From Candidatus Binatia bacterium (lineage in GTDB: Bacteria; Desulfobacterota; Binatia; Bin18): 64,000 nt of DNA. Each line of letters starts with the position of its first letter. Within the stretch, counting starts at the first letter, position 1. The stretch spans positions 3,264,001-3,328,000 of the forward strand of contig OY761159.2 of the NCBI GenBank assembly GCA_963664395.2, read 5' to 3'. Positions 55,155-64,000 of the stretch are shown here, one piece after another. Position numbers and translations under genes: made by a program. The notes beneath the pieces are model-generated. The model had not been told where the DNA came from. It saw only the letters and a program-made list of their open reading frames with translations, and ran no database searches.

Positions 55155-56543
55155 CTACAAAATATACCGGGACAAGTCTTGATCCTTGACAATTGCGTCC
55201 AGCTTGTCTCGGACATAATTGGCATCAATCGGCAGCTCTTGACCGCTCAATTCCGGAGCGTCAAAGGAGAGGTCTTCGACGAGTCGTTCGACCACCGTAT
55301 GGAGTCGCCGCGCTCCGATGTTCTCAGTCCGTTCATTCACTGCGGCGGCAATCTGGGCAATCTGCTCTACTGCATCAGACGTAAAATTGAGCCTGACGTC
55401 TTCTGTATCGAGTAACGCGACATACTGTGTCAGCAACGCATTTTTCGGTTCTGTCAGGATACGAACAAAGTCTTCGTGCGTCAGAGATTCCAGCTCCACG
55501 CGAATCGGGAAACGCCCCTGAAATTCCGGAATAAGGTCTGAGGGTTTGGTGGTATGAAATGCACCCGAGGCGACGAAAAGGATGTGATCGGTGCGGACCA
55601 TGCCATATTTCGTGTTGACGGTACAGCCTTCGACCAGCGGCAGAAGGTCACGTTGAACACCTTGGCGAGAGACGTCGGCACCGTACGCGTTTTCTCTGCC
55701 GGCAATTTTATCGATTTCATCAATAAAGATGATGCCAGTCTGCTCGACCCGCCGAACGGCCTCTTGGACAACCGCTTCCATATCAACCAGCTTATCGGCT
55801 TCTTCGACCGTCAGAATCTCGAGCGCTTCCGGGACCTTCACGCGGCGTTTCTTGGTTTGCTTGGGCATCATAGTGGAGAACATCTCTTTGAGCTGAGTCT
55901 CCATTTCTTCCATGCCCTGAGGAGCCATGACTTCGATAAAGGGGGTGGCGGAGCGGGTAATTTCAAGCTCAACCTCTCGCTCGTCCAGCTTCCCTTCGTG
56001 GAGCATGCGTCGCATTTTTTCCCGCGTACTTTGTATGGCGCTTGTTGGTCCCTCCTCACTCAGACTGGATGATGACGGAGTTGGAGGAAGCAGGAGGTCG
56101 AGCATATGCTCTTCTGCCTGGGCTTGGGCTCTGACTTGAATGCGCTCCTTTTGTTCCTGCTTGACGAGGCCGACGGCCAGTTCCGTGAGGTCCCGAACCA
56201 TAGATTCGACATCGCGCCCCACGTATCCGACCTCGGTAAACTTGGAGGCCTCCACTTTAATAAACGGGGCCTGGGCCAAGCGAGCCAAGCGGCGGGCGAT
56301 CTCGGTTTTCCCGACTCCGGTCGGACCGATCATCAAAATGTTTTTGGGGGCAATTTCGTCACGTAAATCTTCCGGGACTTGCTGCCGTCTCCAGCGATTC
56401 CGCAGCGCAATCGCAACGGAACGTTTGGCTTTCGCCTGGCCAATAATATACCGGTCCAGCTCAGAGACGATTTCTCGCGGGGTCATAACCTGGGGGCCGG
56501 CTGCTTCAACAAACACGGGCGCCCCGTCGACGACATCCGTCAT
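55155..56543 (-). CDS. hslU: ATP-dependent protease ATPase subunit HslU
   Basis: [31 protein letters not shown]. Confidence 0.97.
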   Translation of the reverse strand: MTDVVDGAPVFVEAAGPQVMTPREIVSELDRYIIGQAKAKRSVAIALRNRWRRQQVPEDLRDEIAPKNILMIGPTGVGKTEIARRLARLAQAPFIKVEASKFTEVGYVGRDVESMVRDLTELAVGLVKQEQKERIQVRAQAQAEEHMLDLLLPPTPSSSSLSEEGPTSAIQSTREKMRRMLHEGKLDEREVELEITRSATPFIEVMAPQGMEEMETQLKEMFSTMMPKQTKKRRVKVPEALEILTVEEADKLVDMEAVVQEAVRRVEQTGIIFIDEIDKIAGRENAYGADVSRQGVQRDLLPLVEGCTVNTKYGMVRTDHILFVASGAFHTTKPSDLIPEFQGRFPIRVELESLTHEDFVRILTEPKNALLTQYVALLDTEDVRLNFTSDAVEQIAQIAAAVNERTENIGARRLHTVVERLVEDLSFDAPELSGQELPIDANYVRDKLDAIVKDQDLSRYIL

Positions 56544-56544
56544 C

Positions 56545-57081
56545 TTACAACTCCTCCACTACAATCTGGTCGTTAGTGTACACGCAGATAGCTCCGGCGA
56601 TGCGCATGGCTTCTTCAACAATCCGTACCGCGTCCAAAGGCGTGTGGGCGACTAAGGCGCGGGCTGCTGCCAGGGCATAATTGCCGCCCGACCCGATGGC
56701 GAGAACTCCGTCGTCGGGTTCAAGCACATCTCCGCTCCCGGAGATCAGCAGGGATGACTCGTGATCGACGACAGCCAGCAGCGCTTCGAGTCGATGTAAG
56801 ACCCGGTCTGCGCGCCAGTCCCGGGCAAGCTCGACTGCCGCCCGCCGTAGGTTCCCGTTATATTCTTCCAGTTTGCCTTCGAATTTTTCACATAAGGTGA
56901 TGGCATCCGCAGTCCCGCCCGCAAAGCCGGCCAGAATGCGGTCCTTATACAAACGGCGTATTTTCCGTGCGGCGTGCTTGACGACGGTGTCTCCGAGGCT
57001 GACCTGCCCGTCTCCCGCCATGGCGACCTTGCCTTCGCGCCGGACGGTGAGAATAGTTGTCCCATGCATGCTTACGTTCAC
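56545..57081 (-). CDS. hslV: ATP-dependent protease peptidase subunit HslV
   Basis: HGTTIL, GDGQV, GFAG.TADA, IGSGG; GTG start after GGAGG. Confidence 0.96.
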   Translation of the reverse strand: MNVSMHGTTILTVRREGKVAMAGDGQVSLGDTVVKHAARKIRRLYKDRILAGFAGGTADAITLCEKFEGKLEEYNGNLRRAAVELARDWRADRVLHRLEALLAVVDHESSLLISGSGDVLEPDDGVLAIGSGGNYALAAARALVAHTPLDAVRIVEEAMRIAGAICVYTNDQIVVEEL

Positions 57082-57201
57082 CGTGCGTCCTCCAACCACT
57101 GGATCATAGTCTCACTATCCATAGCATAGAGTATTGTATTGAGCTGAACTAGGCATAGAACTCCATAGTGCATTCAGAGGGTGAACGAGAGGAGGGCCAG
57201 C

Positions 57202-58146
57202 TCAGGCCCGCGGGTGTGCCTCGTCATACACTTGGGTCAGCCGGTCCAGATTGACATGGGTATATTTCTGTGTGCTGGAAAGGCTGGAATGTCCCAACAG
57301 TTCCTGAATCGCGCGTAAGTCCGCCCCGGCATCAAGCAAATGCGTGGCAAATGTATGGCGCAGTGCATGCGGACTGATCTTGTGGACCAGCCCGCACTGT
57401 TTGGCACGACCGGCCACAAGTCGCGCAACACTGCGGGGAGTTAAGCGCCCACCGCGTTGGTTGAGGAAAATCGGTCTGGCTTGACCTGCCGACCCGTCGA
57501 GGGACGCTGGCTGATAATTATTGCCGAGCAAGGCCGGAATCTCTGTCCGGTATTGGGAGAGGGCGTCAAGTGCCTTGCGGCCAATCGGGACAATCCGTTC
57601 CTTCTGTCCTTTCCCCTTCACCCGGAGGACTTCAAGATTGGGATCGACATCTTCCCAGTTCAGGCCGGTTAATTCACTGACCCGGAGCCCGCACGAGTAG
57701 AGCACTTCGAGTATGGCTCGGTCACGCAGCTCGGCAGGGGTATTCGGCGCGGGAGCGTCTAAAAGACGAAACATGTCGTCAACCGGGAGATAGGTAGGCA
57801 GGGGGTGGTCTTGCTTGGGCGCACTCAGGTGGAGGGTCGGGTCTTGGTCAATCACGGCTTCGCGTATTAAGAAGCGAAAAAAGCTCTTGAGCGCAGAGAG
57901 TTTTCGGCCAATCGAGCTTTTCGTATGCTGTCGATACAAGGTGGACAAAAAAGCATGAATGACGTGGGGGTTGATCTGCGTGACATCGACCTGCGCACGC
58001 TCAGCCTGCGCCGTCGGCTTTTCAACAAAAGAGAAGAATTGGTGCAGATCGCTGCAGTAGTTGCGCAGGGTATGGATAGAGACACTTTTCTCTACCTCCA
58101 AATATACGGTGTAGCGGTCAAACAACTCGCGGAGTTTTGGTGTCAT
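57202..58146 (-). CDS. xerC: Tyrosine recombinase XerC
   Basis: GLRVSEL, GKG.KER, HALRHTFATHLL, LLGH..LSSTQKYTH; xerC-hslV-hslU gene order. Confidence 0.9.
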   Translation of the reverse strand: MTPKLRELFDRYTVYLEVEKSVSIHTLRNYCSDLHQFFSFVEKPTAQAERAQVDVTQINPHVIHAFLSTLYRQHTKSSIGRKLSALKSFFRFLIREAVIDQDPTLHLSAPKQDHPLPTYLPVDDMFRLLDAPAPNTPAELRDRAILEVLYSCGLRVSELTGLNWEDVDPNLEVLRVKGKGQKERIVPIGRKALDALSQYRTEIPALLGNNYQPASLDGSAGQARPIFLNQRGGRLTPRSVARLVAGRAKQCGLVHKISPHALRHTFATHLLDAGADLRAIQELLGHSSLSSTQKYTHVNLDRLTQVYDEAHPRA

Positions 58147-58251
58147 TGGAATTTCAATTCAGTGTGACCAATGATATCAACAAGTCCGGCTTGAAGAAAG
58201 TGAGGAGCGGGACGGCCTGCCATGCAGAGACGAACCGCCGGATAGAAGAGA

Positions 58252-58563
58252 ATGAGAGGAGCGAGGGCTGTTGTGCGAGTGTGCTATCAGTGCCAAAAAG
58301 AAATAGGCCTCGAAGAGCCCATTGGGCGACGCAACACGTGCACGGGCTGCGGGGCGGCTGTGCGCTGTTGTTTCAACTGTGCCTTTTATGACGTATCTGC
58401 CGCTGCTGCGTGCCGTGAACCAAATGCGGACCTCGTCCAGCATAAAGACGCTGCAAATTTTTGTGACTTCTTTGCGCTCAAGAATTTACAGACGAGCCCG
58501 GCGCGTCCAGCCGGAGGAGATGCGCGTACGCAATTGGACGCCTTATTCAAAAAGAAGTCCTGA
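58252..58563 (+). CDS. Cys-rich conserved hypothetical protein (zinc ribbon)
   Basis: CYQC, CTGC, CFNC.FYD, C.E, ANFCDFF, C-terminal LDALFK. Confidence 0.8.
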   Translation: MRGARAVVRVCYQCQKEIGLEEPIGRRNTCTGCGAAVRCCFNCAFYDVSAAAACREPNADLVQHKDAANFCDFFALKNLQTSPARPAGGDARTQLDALFKKKS

Positions 58564-58576
58564 TGTCGTTCTTGCC

Positions 58577-58990
58577 ATGACTGTTTTTCGTTTCCCAGTG
58601 GCGCATCTTGGCGTTTTCTGGCTTCTGCTGCTGAGTACCTGCCAGCCTGATCCCAACACGGCCCAAGGGACGGCTGAACTCTTTCTTGACGCGCATTATG
58701 TACAAATTGACTTACACACCGCCAAAGCCTATTGCGCCGGCTTTGCCCGTAACCGGGTAGAGGAAGAAATTCGACTGACCGCGGGCCTGTCTATTGACGC
58801 AACAACCCGGCAGCCGCGTATGTACTATGAACTGCTTGAAGAAACATCACGCGGCGAATCGAGTGTGTCTTTCCTGTACAAGGCAGACTTTGACGTTGAC
58901 GGCGCCGGACGGTTTACAAAGAATATTTTGTTGACCCTGCGCAATCATGCCGCGGGCTGGCGGGTGGTGAACTACCGTGAGTATGACTAA
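58577..58990 (+). CDS. Putative lipoprotein
   Basis: Hydrophobic stretch ending LLSTC (lipobox-like); NTF2-like tail W.V.NY.E. Confidence 0.65.
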   Translation: MTVFRFPVAHLGVFWLLLLSTCQPDPNTAQGTAELFLDAHYVQIDLHTAKAYCAGFARNRVEEEIRLTAGLSIDATTRQPRMYYELLEETSRGESSVSFLYKADFDVDGAGRFTKNILLTLRNHAAGWRVVNYREYD

Positions 58991-59101
58991 GAACTCCCAC
59001 GGTTGACAGGCGGAGACCAGGGGCAAAGGATAGTGAAGAGGTGACAAAGAAGGAGAGGCAGAACAATACAACCCAGCAAGGGTGGGAAAGGAGGAAGCCA
59101 T

Positions 59102-59341
59102 ATGCAGGACAAAACCTATGTTATCACCGAGATCGTCGGCACCTCGGAGCAGTCAATCTCAGCTGCGGTGAGCAGCGCGATTGAGCGGGCCAACAAGACG
59201 CTCAAGGCACTCGACTGGTTTGAGGTCAAGGCCCTACGCGGGACAGTTGTGGACGGCAAAGTCGGGCAGTATCAGGTCACGCTTGATGTGGGCTTTCGCT
59301 ATTTGAGCGATGAAGAAATGAAAGCCTGGGCAGAAGGGTAA
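59102..59341 (+). CDS. Dodecin family flavin-binding protein
   Basis: EIVGTS, A.KTL..LDWFEV, YQVTL.VGF. Confidence 0.92.
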   Translation: MQDKTYVITEIVGTSEQSISAAVSSAIERANKTLKALDWFEVKALRGTVVDGKVGQYQVTLDVGFRYLSDEEMKAWAEG

Positions 59342-59384
59342 GCCATAAACGAACACTGGGCATAGGGACGGAAGGTGAGGAGCC

Positions 59385-59594
59385 ATGTCAGACAAAACGT
59401 ATAAGTTAATCGAATTGGTTGGCGTATCGGAAAATTCGATTGAAGAAGCAATCCAGAATGCAGTAGCCCGGGCAAATCAAACCCTCAAGAATTTAGATTG
59501 GTTTGAGGTTATCGAAGCCCGCGGCATGATTCAGGATGGCACAGTCAATCAGTTCCAGGTCAAGATCAAGGTTGGTTTTCGGCTGGATATATAG
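59385..59594 (+). CDS. Dodecin family flavin-binding protein (second paralog)
   Basis: YKLIELVG.S, LDWFEV, FQVKIKVGFRL. Confidence 0.93.
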   Translation: MSDKTYKLIELVGVSENSIEEAIQNAVARANQTLKNLDWFEVIEARGMIQDGTVNQFQVKIKVGFRLDI

Positions 59595-59766
59595 GGCGGG
59601 AAGGGCGCGATGTGCGCGAAAAGGACAATCTGAGCCGCCTGGGCTTTTTTTGTCAGGGGAAGCGGGAAAACTTCTTCCCCTGCCCCGTACAAGGCGCTAT
59701 ACACGAGTCGATCGAATCCGTGGGCGTAATGGTAACTGTGAGGAGTAGTATTATAGAAGGAGATGC

Positions 59767-60429
59767 ATGATGGCGTTACACATTGGTGAGGAGGCTCCCA
59801 ATTTTACGGCGGAGACAACAGAAGGAACGATCAATTTTCATGAGTGGGTCGGGGACGGCTGGGCCATCCTTTTTTCACACCCCAAGGATTTTACTCCGGT
59901 GTGTACGACCGAGCTTGGCTATATGGCCGGCCTCAAGCCGGAATTTGAAAGGCGCAACTGTAAGATCATGGGTCTGAGCATTGACCCTGTATCCGACCAC
60001 ACGGCATGGGTCAAGGATATTGAAGAGACGCAGGGGCATAGCGTGACGTATCCGTTGATTGGCGATACGGACCTCGCCGTTGCCAAGCTGTACGACATGA
60101 TCCATCCGAACGCGAGCGGGACTGCCAAGGGACGGACTGCGGTAGACAATGCAACCGTCCGCTCAGTCTTTATCGTTGGTCCGGATAAGAAGATCAAGCT
60201 CATGATTACCTATCCGATGAGCACCGGGCGGAACTTCGACGAGGTCCTCCGGGTGTTGGATTCCTGTCAATTGACAGCGCAACACAAAGTCGCCACCCCG
60301 GTGAACTGGAAACAGGGGGAGGACGTGATTATTGTTCCTGCGGTTTCGGACGACGAAGCCAAGGAAAAATTCCCCGGCGGTTGGAAAACGCTAAAGCCGT
60401 ATCTGCGGATCGTACCGCAGCCGCAATAA
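59767..60429 (+). CDS. 1-Cys peroxiredoxin (Prx6)
   Basis: FSHPKDFTPVCTTE, YP.STGRNFDE, ATPVNW. Confidence 0.95.
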   Translation: MMALHIGEEAPNFTAETTEGTINFHEWVGDGWAILFSHPKDFTPVCTTELGYMAGLKPEFERRNCKIMGLSIDPVSDHTAWVKDIEETQGHSVTYPLIGDTDLAVAKLYDMIHPNASGTAKGRTAVDNATVRSVFIVGPDKKIKLMITYPMSTGRNFDEVLRVLDSCQLTAQHKVATPVNWKQGEDVIIVPAVSDDEAKEKFPGGWKTLKPYLRIVPQPQ

Positions 60430-60451
60430 GGCTGGTCGTGCGAGAAGTGAG

Positions 60452-60487
60452 ACAGGGGGGCCGCTGAGAAGCGGCCCCCCTGTTTTT
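60452..60487 (+). terminator. Rho-independent terminator
   Basis: ACAGGGGGGCCGCT/AGCGGCCCCCCTGT stem followed by a T tract. Confidence 0.85.
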
Positions 60488-60506
60488 GTACGCGACTAAT
60501 ACGTTT

Positions 60507-60700
60507 TCAAAATTCGGCCGTGTGGCAGATGCGCGTTAAAGGTGCTTCCTGGGTGACGAAGAGATTCGGCAGATAGGTCATGGGCCGGCCTTTCCAGGGG
60601 CACGCCAGATCCGGAATCGCCTCATTGTACGGACCAAAGGTTGAGAAGTGGTATTTGGCAATAATGATACTGGCGGTCGCCGGCTCAATATTGCCCTCCT
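60507..60700 (-). pseudogene. Internal fragment of an acetoacetate decarboxylase-family gene
   Basis: EPATASIIIAKY.FSTFGPYNEAI..L.C.WKG..MTYLP.LFVTQEAPL; no proper start, early stop. Confidence 0.6.
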
Positions 60701-60725
60701 GATGTGTTTGATGGCGGCATGGTGA

Positions 60726-61904
60726 CTACGAGTCCATGCCGTAGCACTTCAGCACGTTCTTGCCCAATATACCTGCTCGGGCCGACTCTGACATCAGATT
60801 CGTCAGCGCAATCAAATTGGGAATATATTCGGGTGGATGATCGGCATGCGGAAAATCGCTTGCCCAGAAAAACCGATCTTCTCCAACAAAGGGGATCACC
60901 CCGGCGAGTGCACGTTCATCCGGGTCGCCCGAGATCCAGCACTGTCTGCGGAAATATTCGCTGGGTTTGTCTTTCAGCCGCACACTCTTGCCGAGCGGCG
61001 AATCGTAAACTGCATCCATGCGTTCCAGCCAGTAACCGATCCAGCCCGCGCCAACTTCCAGGACGATGACTTTGAGATTCGGGAATTTGTCGAACACACC
61101 ATACTGAAAGAGTGAGACAAACCCGCCTCGAATGGCATCACCCCCAGAGATGTTTTGGTAAAACGCAGTCGAAAAACTGGTCATCCGGCCAAAGCGGGTT
61201 GAGGCCGCCCAGTGTGGTTCAAACGACGGGTGAATGCCAAACGGCAGGGCTAACTCTTGGGCCGCAGCAAACACCCGGTCATGATCGGGATGGCCATGCG
61301 CTTTTCGGCTCCAGATATACGGAGCCACAAAGAAGCCTTTCATGCCGTCCTTGGCTGCCCGGCGCAGCTCTTCTTCAGCAAGCTCGGGGATGCCAATGGG
61401 GATATGCGCAATGGGAATCAGGCGTCCGTCCGAATCCGAGCAAAAGTCCACCAGCCAACGATTATACGCCCGGGCATAGGCCATCGACAGTTCGAGGTCT
61501 TCACATTCCGGTTCCCATAACAGGCCAACAGTGGGGTAGAGAAACACCTTCTCAATATTCTCGATGTCCAAGCGTTTCAACCGCTCTTTCGGGTCCATAG
61601 AGCCAAACGAGGCATTATCAACATAGCCAGAGCCGGTCGGCTCGCGTTTATACTCAATGCCCCCAAGCCGGTCCATCACGCCCAGCCCCGAAGGTGCGCC
61701 CTTGCGGGTCATTTTGGACGGTTGGCCGTTGACCTCAAGATACTCCAGGCCGGCGTCGTCTTTACGAATACGCACGGCGCGGTCGCGGTATTTGGGTTCC
61801 AGATATTGCTCCCAGAGATCAGGCGCTTCGAGTATATGACCGTCCGCATCGATCACACCTGACATGGGGAGACTGGGTAATGCTTCAGGGCCGGGCATAC
61901 GCAT
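60726..61904 (-). CDS. Amidohydrolase family protein (Amidohydro_2)
   Basis: IDADGH, LYPT, GIHP, LEVG.GW, WASDFPH.D. Confidence 0.92.
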   Translation of the reverse strand: MRMPGPEALPSLPMSGVIDADGHILEAPDLWEQYLEPKYRDRAVRIRKDDAGLEYLEVNGQPSKMTRKGAPSGLGVMDRLGGIEYKREPTGSGYVDNASFGSMDPKERLKRLDIENIEKVFLYPTVGLLWEPECEDLELSMAYARAYNRWLVDFCSDSDGRLIPIAHIPIGIPELAEEELRRAAKDGMKGFFVAPYIWSRKAHGHPDHDRVFAAAQELALPFGIHPSFEPHWAASTRFGRMTSFSTAFYQNISGGDAIRGGFVSLFQYGVFDKFPNLKVIVLEVGAGWIGYWLERMDAVYDSPLGKSVRLKDKPSEYFRRQCWISGDPDERALAGVIPFVGEDRFFWASDFPHADHPPEYIPNLIALTNLMSESARAGILGKNVLKCYGMDS

Positions 61905-61981
61905 TCTCCTTCTTGAGCAGTCGACCGGAGCATACCACTGAGCCTGGGCAGTGCAAGCGAAGTCCGGGCGTACTCTCCGCC

Positions 61982-63211
61982 TCAGAGCTTCGGGCGCCAC
62001 TTGCGCAGCAGCTCCTCTCCTTCCTCAATCTGCTCCGGCTTCATAAGCTCAACAATATAACCACGTACTTTGAGTACGTCATTCTTGTGCTCGCCTGAGG
62101 CATTCGTGGCTGCCAGATTGATCCAGAGATAGGCTTGGCCATAGTCCTGCGGCGCACCCTGGCCCCTGGCGTACCGAAGCGCCAGATTATACTGCGCCTG
62201 GGCATCACCCTGATTGGCCGCCCGGCGATACCAGTTCGCCGCTTGGGTGTCGTTTTGTTCGACCCCTTGCCCGGTCGCATACATGAATCCCAGATTTATC
62301 TGGGCCTGGGCATGGCCCTGCTCGGCGGCTTTGCGGTACCATGCGGCGGCCTCAGCAGCATCTTGGGTCGCGCCCAGGCCAGCGCGATACATGAGCCCTA
62401 AGTTCCACTGCGCATCGGCATAGCCCTGCTCGGCGGCTTTGCGATACCAGGTGGCGGCCTCCGCGGCATCTTGGGTCACGCCCTGGCCAGTCTGGTAATG
62501 GAGCCCCATAAAATACAGTGACCGCGGGTGCCCCCGCTCGGCGGCTGTGCGATGCCATTCCATCGCTTGGGTGGCATCCTGTGCAACGCTCTGGCCCAGG
62601 CCGTAGAGCACTCCCAGTTTTGCCTGGGCCAGCAGGACTCCACGCTCGGCCGCTTGGGTGAGTTGGGCGGGCGTCATGCGCGCGATCAGATTAGCGCGTG
62701 CACCGGCGTACTTTGCGGCCGTTGCTTTGGCGGCACTGAACGAATCACGATCGCCTTTATAGACAGCCTGTGTCGCAGCCGTATCAGCTGCCTGGTTAAT
62801 CAAAAACAGGGCCTGAACGTCATCTTTCTCAATCCCTTTCCCCGACGAATACAGAATACCCAGATCATACTGGGCAGTGACGTGGCCCTGATCTACCGCT
62901 TTACGGTACCATGCTATTGCCGTGTCCAGGTCCTCTGGGACGCCCAGGCCGTTCGCATATATGGCTCCTAGGTTCCACTGCGCTGTCACATGGCCTTGCT
63001 CGGCGGCTTTGCGGTACCAGGTTCTCGCGGCGGTATAATCGAGTTGAAGGCCATAGCCATTATCGTACAGGAACGCGAGGTCATACTGTGCATCCACATC
63101 ACCGGCCTCAGCCCGCTCGCGCAACTCGGCATTCCTGTCGGTTTGCGCGTGGGGTGCAGCACCATTGAGCAAGACAACACTAACTAGTAACCATTGTAAA
63201 ATCGTCCTCAT
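61982..63211 (-). CDS. Secreted Sel1-like repeat protein
   Basis: Signal peptide; about 8 repeats of AQ.NLG..Y..G.GV.QD...A..WYRKAAEQG. Confidence 0.95.
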   Translation of the reverse strand: MRTILQWLLVSVVLLNGAAPHAQTDRNAELRERAEAGDVDAQYDLAFLYDNGYGLQLDYTAARTWYRKAAEQGHVTAQWNLGAIYANGLGVPEDLDTAIAWYRKAVDQGHVTAQYDLGILYSSGKGIEKDDVQALFLINQAADTAATQAVYKGDRDSFSAAKATAAKYAGARANLIARMTPAQLTQAAERGVLLAQAKLGVLYGLGQSVAQDATQAMEWHRTAAERGHPRSLYFMGLHYQTGQGVTQDAAEAATWYRKAAEQGYADAQWNLGLMYRAGLGATQDAAEAAAWYRKAAEQGHAQAQINLGFMYATGQGVEQNDTQAANWYRRAANQGDAQAQYNLALRYARGQGAPQDYGQAYLWINLAATNASGEHKNDVLKVRGYIVELMKPEQIEEGEELLRKWRPKL

Positions 63212-63339
63212 ACAATTTTCCTAGCGCATTCTCGCACAAATGAGAAGTGGAGGAGTCATGAGGGTGTGAGTGGCGTGTCGTATATGGAGGGCCATAGCAT
63301 CACAGCGAGGCTAGATGGTCCGTCTCAAGCGACGTTATG

Positions 63340-63540
63340 TTAGGTATCTTTTTTTACTGTGGTAAATTGACGACAGCCGCACATACTGATGCGACATCTC
63401 CCAGTCCAGGCGCGTTCGTGCATCAGCGCAGGGTGGCCACAGGCGCACAGCGAGACCCCCATAACCGGGGGGCGTGGCGTGCCTTCGAGTTTCGCCCATT
63501 GCCGTTCCAAATCCCGCCGAATCTCTTCATCCCGCGTCAT
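63340..63540 (-). CDS. Small Zn-finger protein (CxCGH...H...C...CxC..F), phage-like
   Basis: AAGGAG RBS; CACGH.ALMH...C..SMCGC.QF. Confidence 0.55.
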   Translation of the reverse strand: MTRDEEIRRDLERQWAKLEGTPRPPVMGVSLCACGHPALMHERAWTGRCRISMCGCRQFTTVKKDT

Positions 63541-63595
63541 TGCCGTACGCTCTCCTTCAGGCATGTATCGAGGCTACCCTGCTGGCTTCGGCTGC

Positions 63596-63946
63596 TCAAG
63601 AGGATCTCGTGTGGAGTGCATCTATCCAGTCAGGTAAGGGTTGATCTGGCATGTCAGCGCTCTCGGGTAAGAGTTCAAGCACATCCAGCGACATCCGGTA
63701 GCGAATGCGTCCGCGCCACAAATACGGTGTTTTTACAGAGTTGCTGACCATGCCACCGTGGAGGGCCGGGCAGACACCCTGAGGGGGCGTGGCTTCCACC
63801 CATAACTCTGCCCCACGATTCTGACGAACCCAGGCGTGCGAGTCCGGGTGGATATTGTCCCAACTCTCCGGCTCCACAAGCCGGGCTTTTTGGCAATGCA
63901 TAGCTCTCCCCGGTGTTCCTGCTCCCGTAAAGAGCAGACCCCGCAA
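63596..63946 (-). CDS. Hypothetical protein
   Basis: 116-aa ORF co-oriented with the small Zn-finger ORF; start uncertain, no recognised motif. Confidence 0.4.
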   Translation of the reverse strand: MRGLLFTGAGTPGRAMHCQKARLVEPESWDNIHPDSHAWVRQNRGAELWVEATPPQGVCPALHGGMVSNSVKTPYLWRGRIRYRMSLDVLELLPESADMPDQPLPDWIDALHTRSS

Positions 63947-64000
63947 CGTGATACGGTCATCTGGCTGAAGCCTGACCGGCTCAGGTGACGTGCGGGCCTT

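Noticed and set aside
57202-58146. Tyrosine recombinase as an island integrase
   Set aside because: Sequence and xerC-hslV-hslU context indicate housekeeping XerC.

Overview
Bacterial window with a GC-rich core. The gene content (many amidohydrolases and LLM oxidoreductases, Sel1 repeats, large Calx-beta/SwmB surface proteins) suggests a marine, probably sponge-associated, deltaproteobacterium-like lineage such as Binatia; this is inference only. Three zones are visible. (1) 1-21.3 kb is an accessory surface-protein zone. Four unrelated secreted proteins (an arylsulfotransferase, a GH29-like+GH97 enzyme, a helical protein and a beta-propeller) share one ~120-aa module I cannot name ('LENP...GWVC...CGD.DNGFG..NWN...QNF', 6 copies). 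Around them lie four copies of a CTATCA-NN-TGATAG palindrome, one intact LuxR-type regulator, two luxR 3'-end relics, and a P4-type integrase 3' end split around the largest gene by a 14-bp direct repeat. (2) 21.3-37.6 kb holds a low-GC HAD islet, an IS5-family element, amidohydrolase/LLM genes and a type III-like R-M locus with a GHKL kinase-STAS-PIN cassette nested between mod and res. (3) 37.7-64 kb is metabolic and housekeeping: Rieske oxygenase, ligAB-like, nadK, rarA, purM, exeAB-like, minCDE, hslUV, xerC, two dodecins, a peroxiredoxin and a Sel1 protein, with phage-like small ORFs at the right edge. No rRNA, tRNA or CRISPR array was seen. All calls come from reading the sequence by eye; no searches were run.
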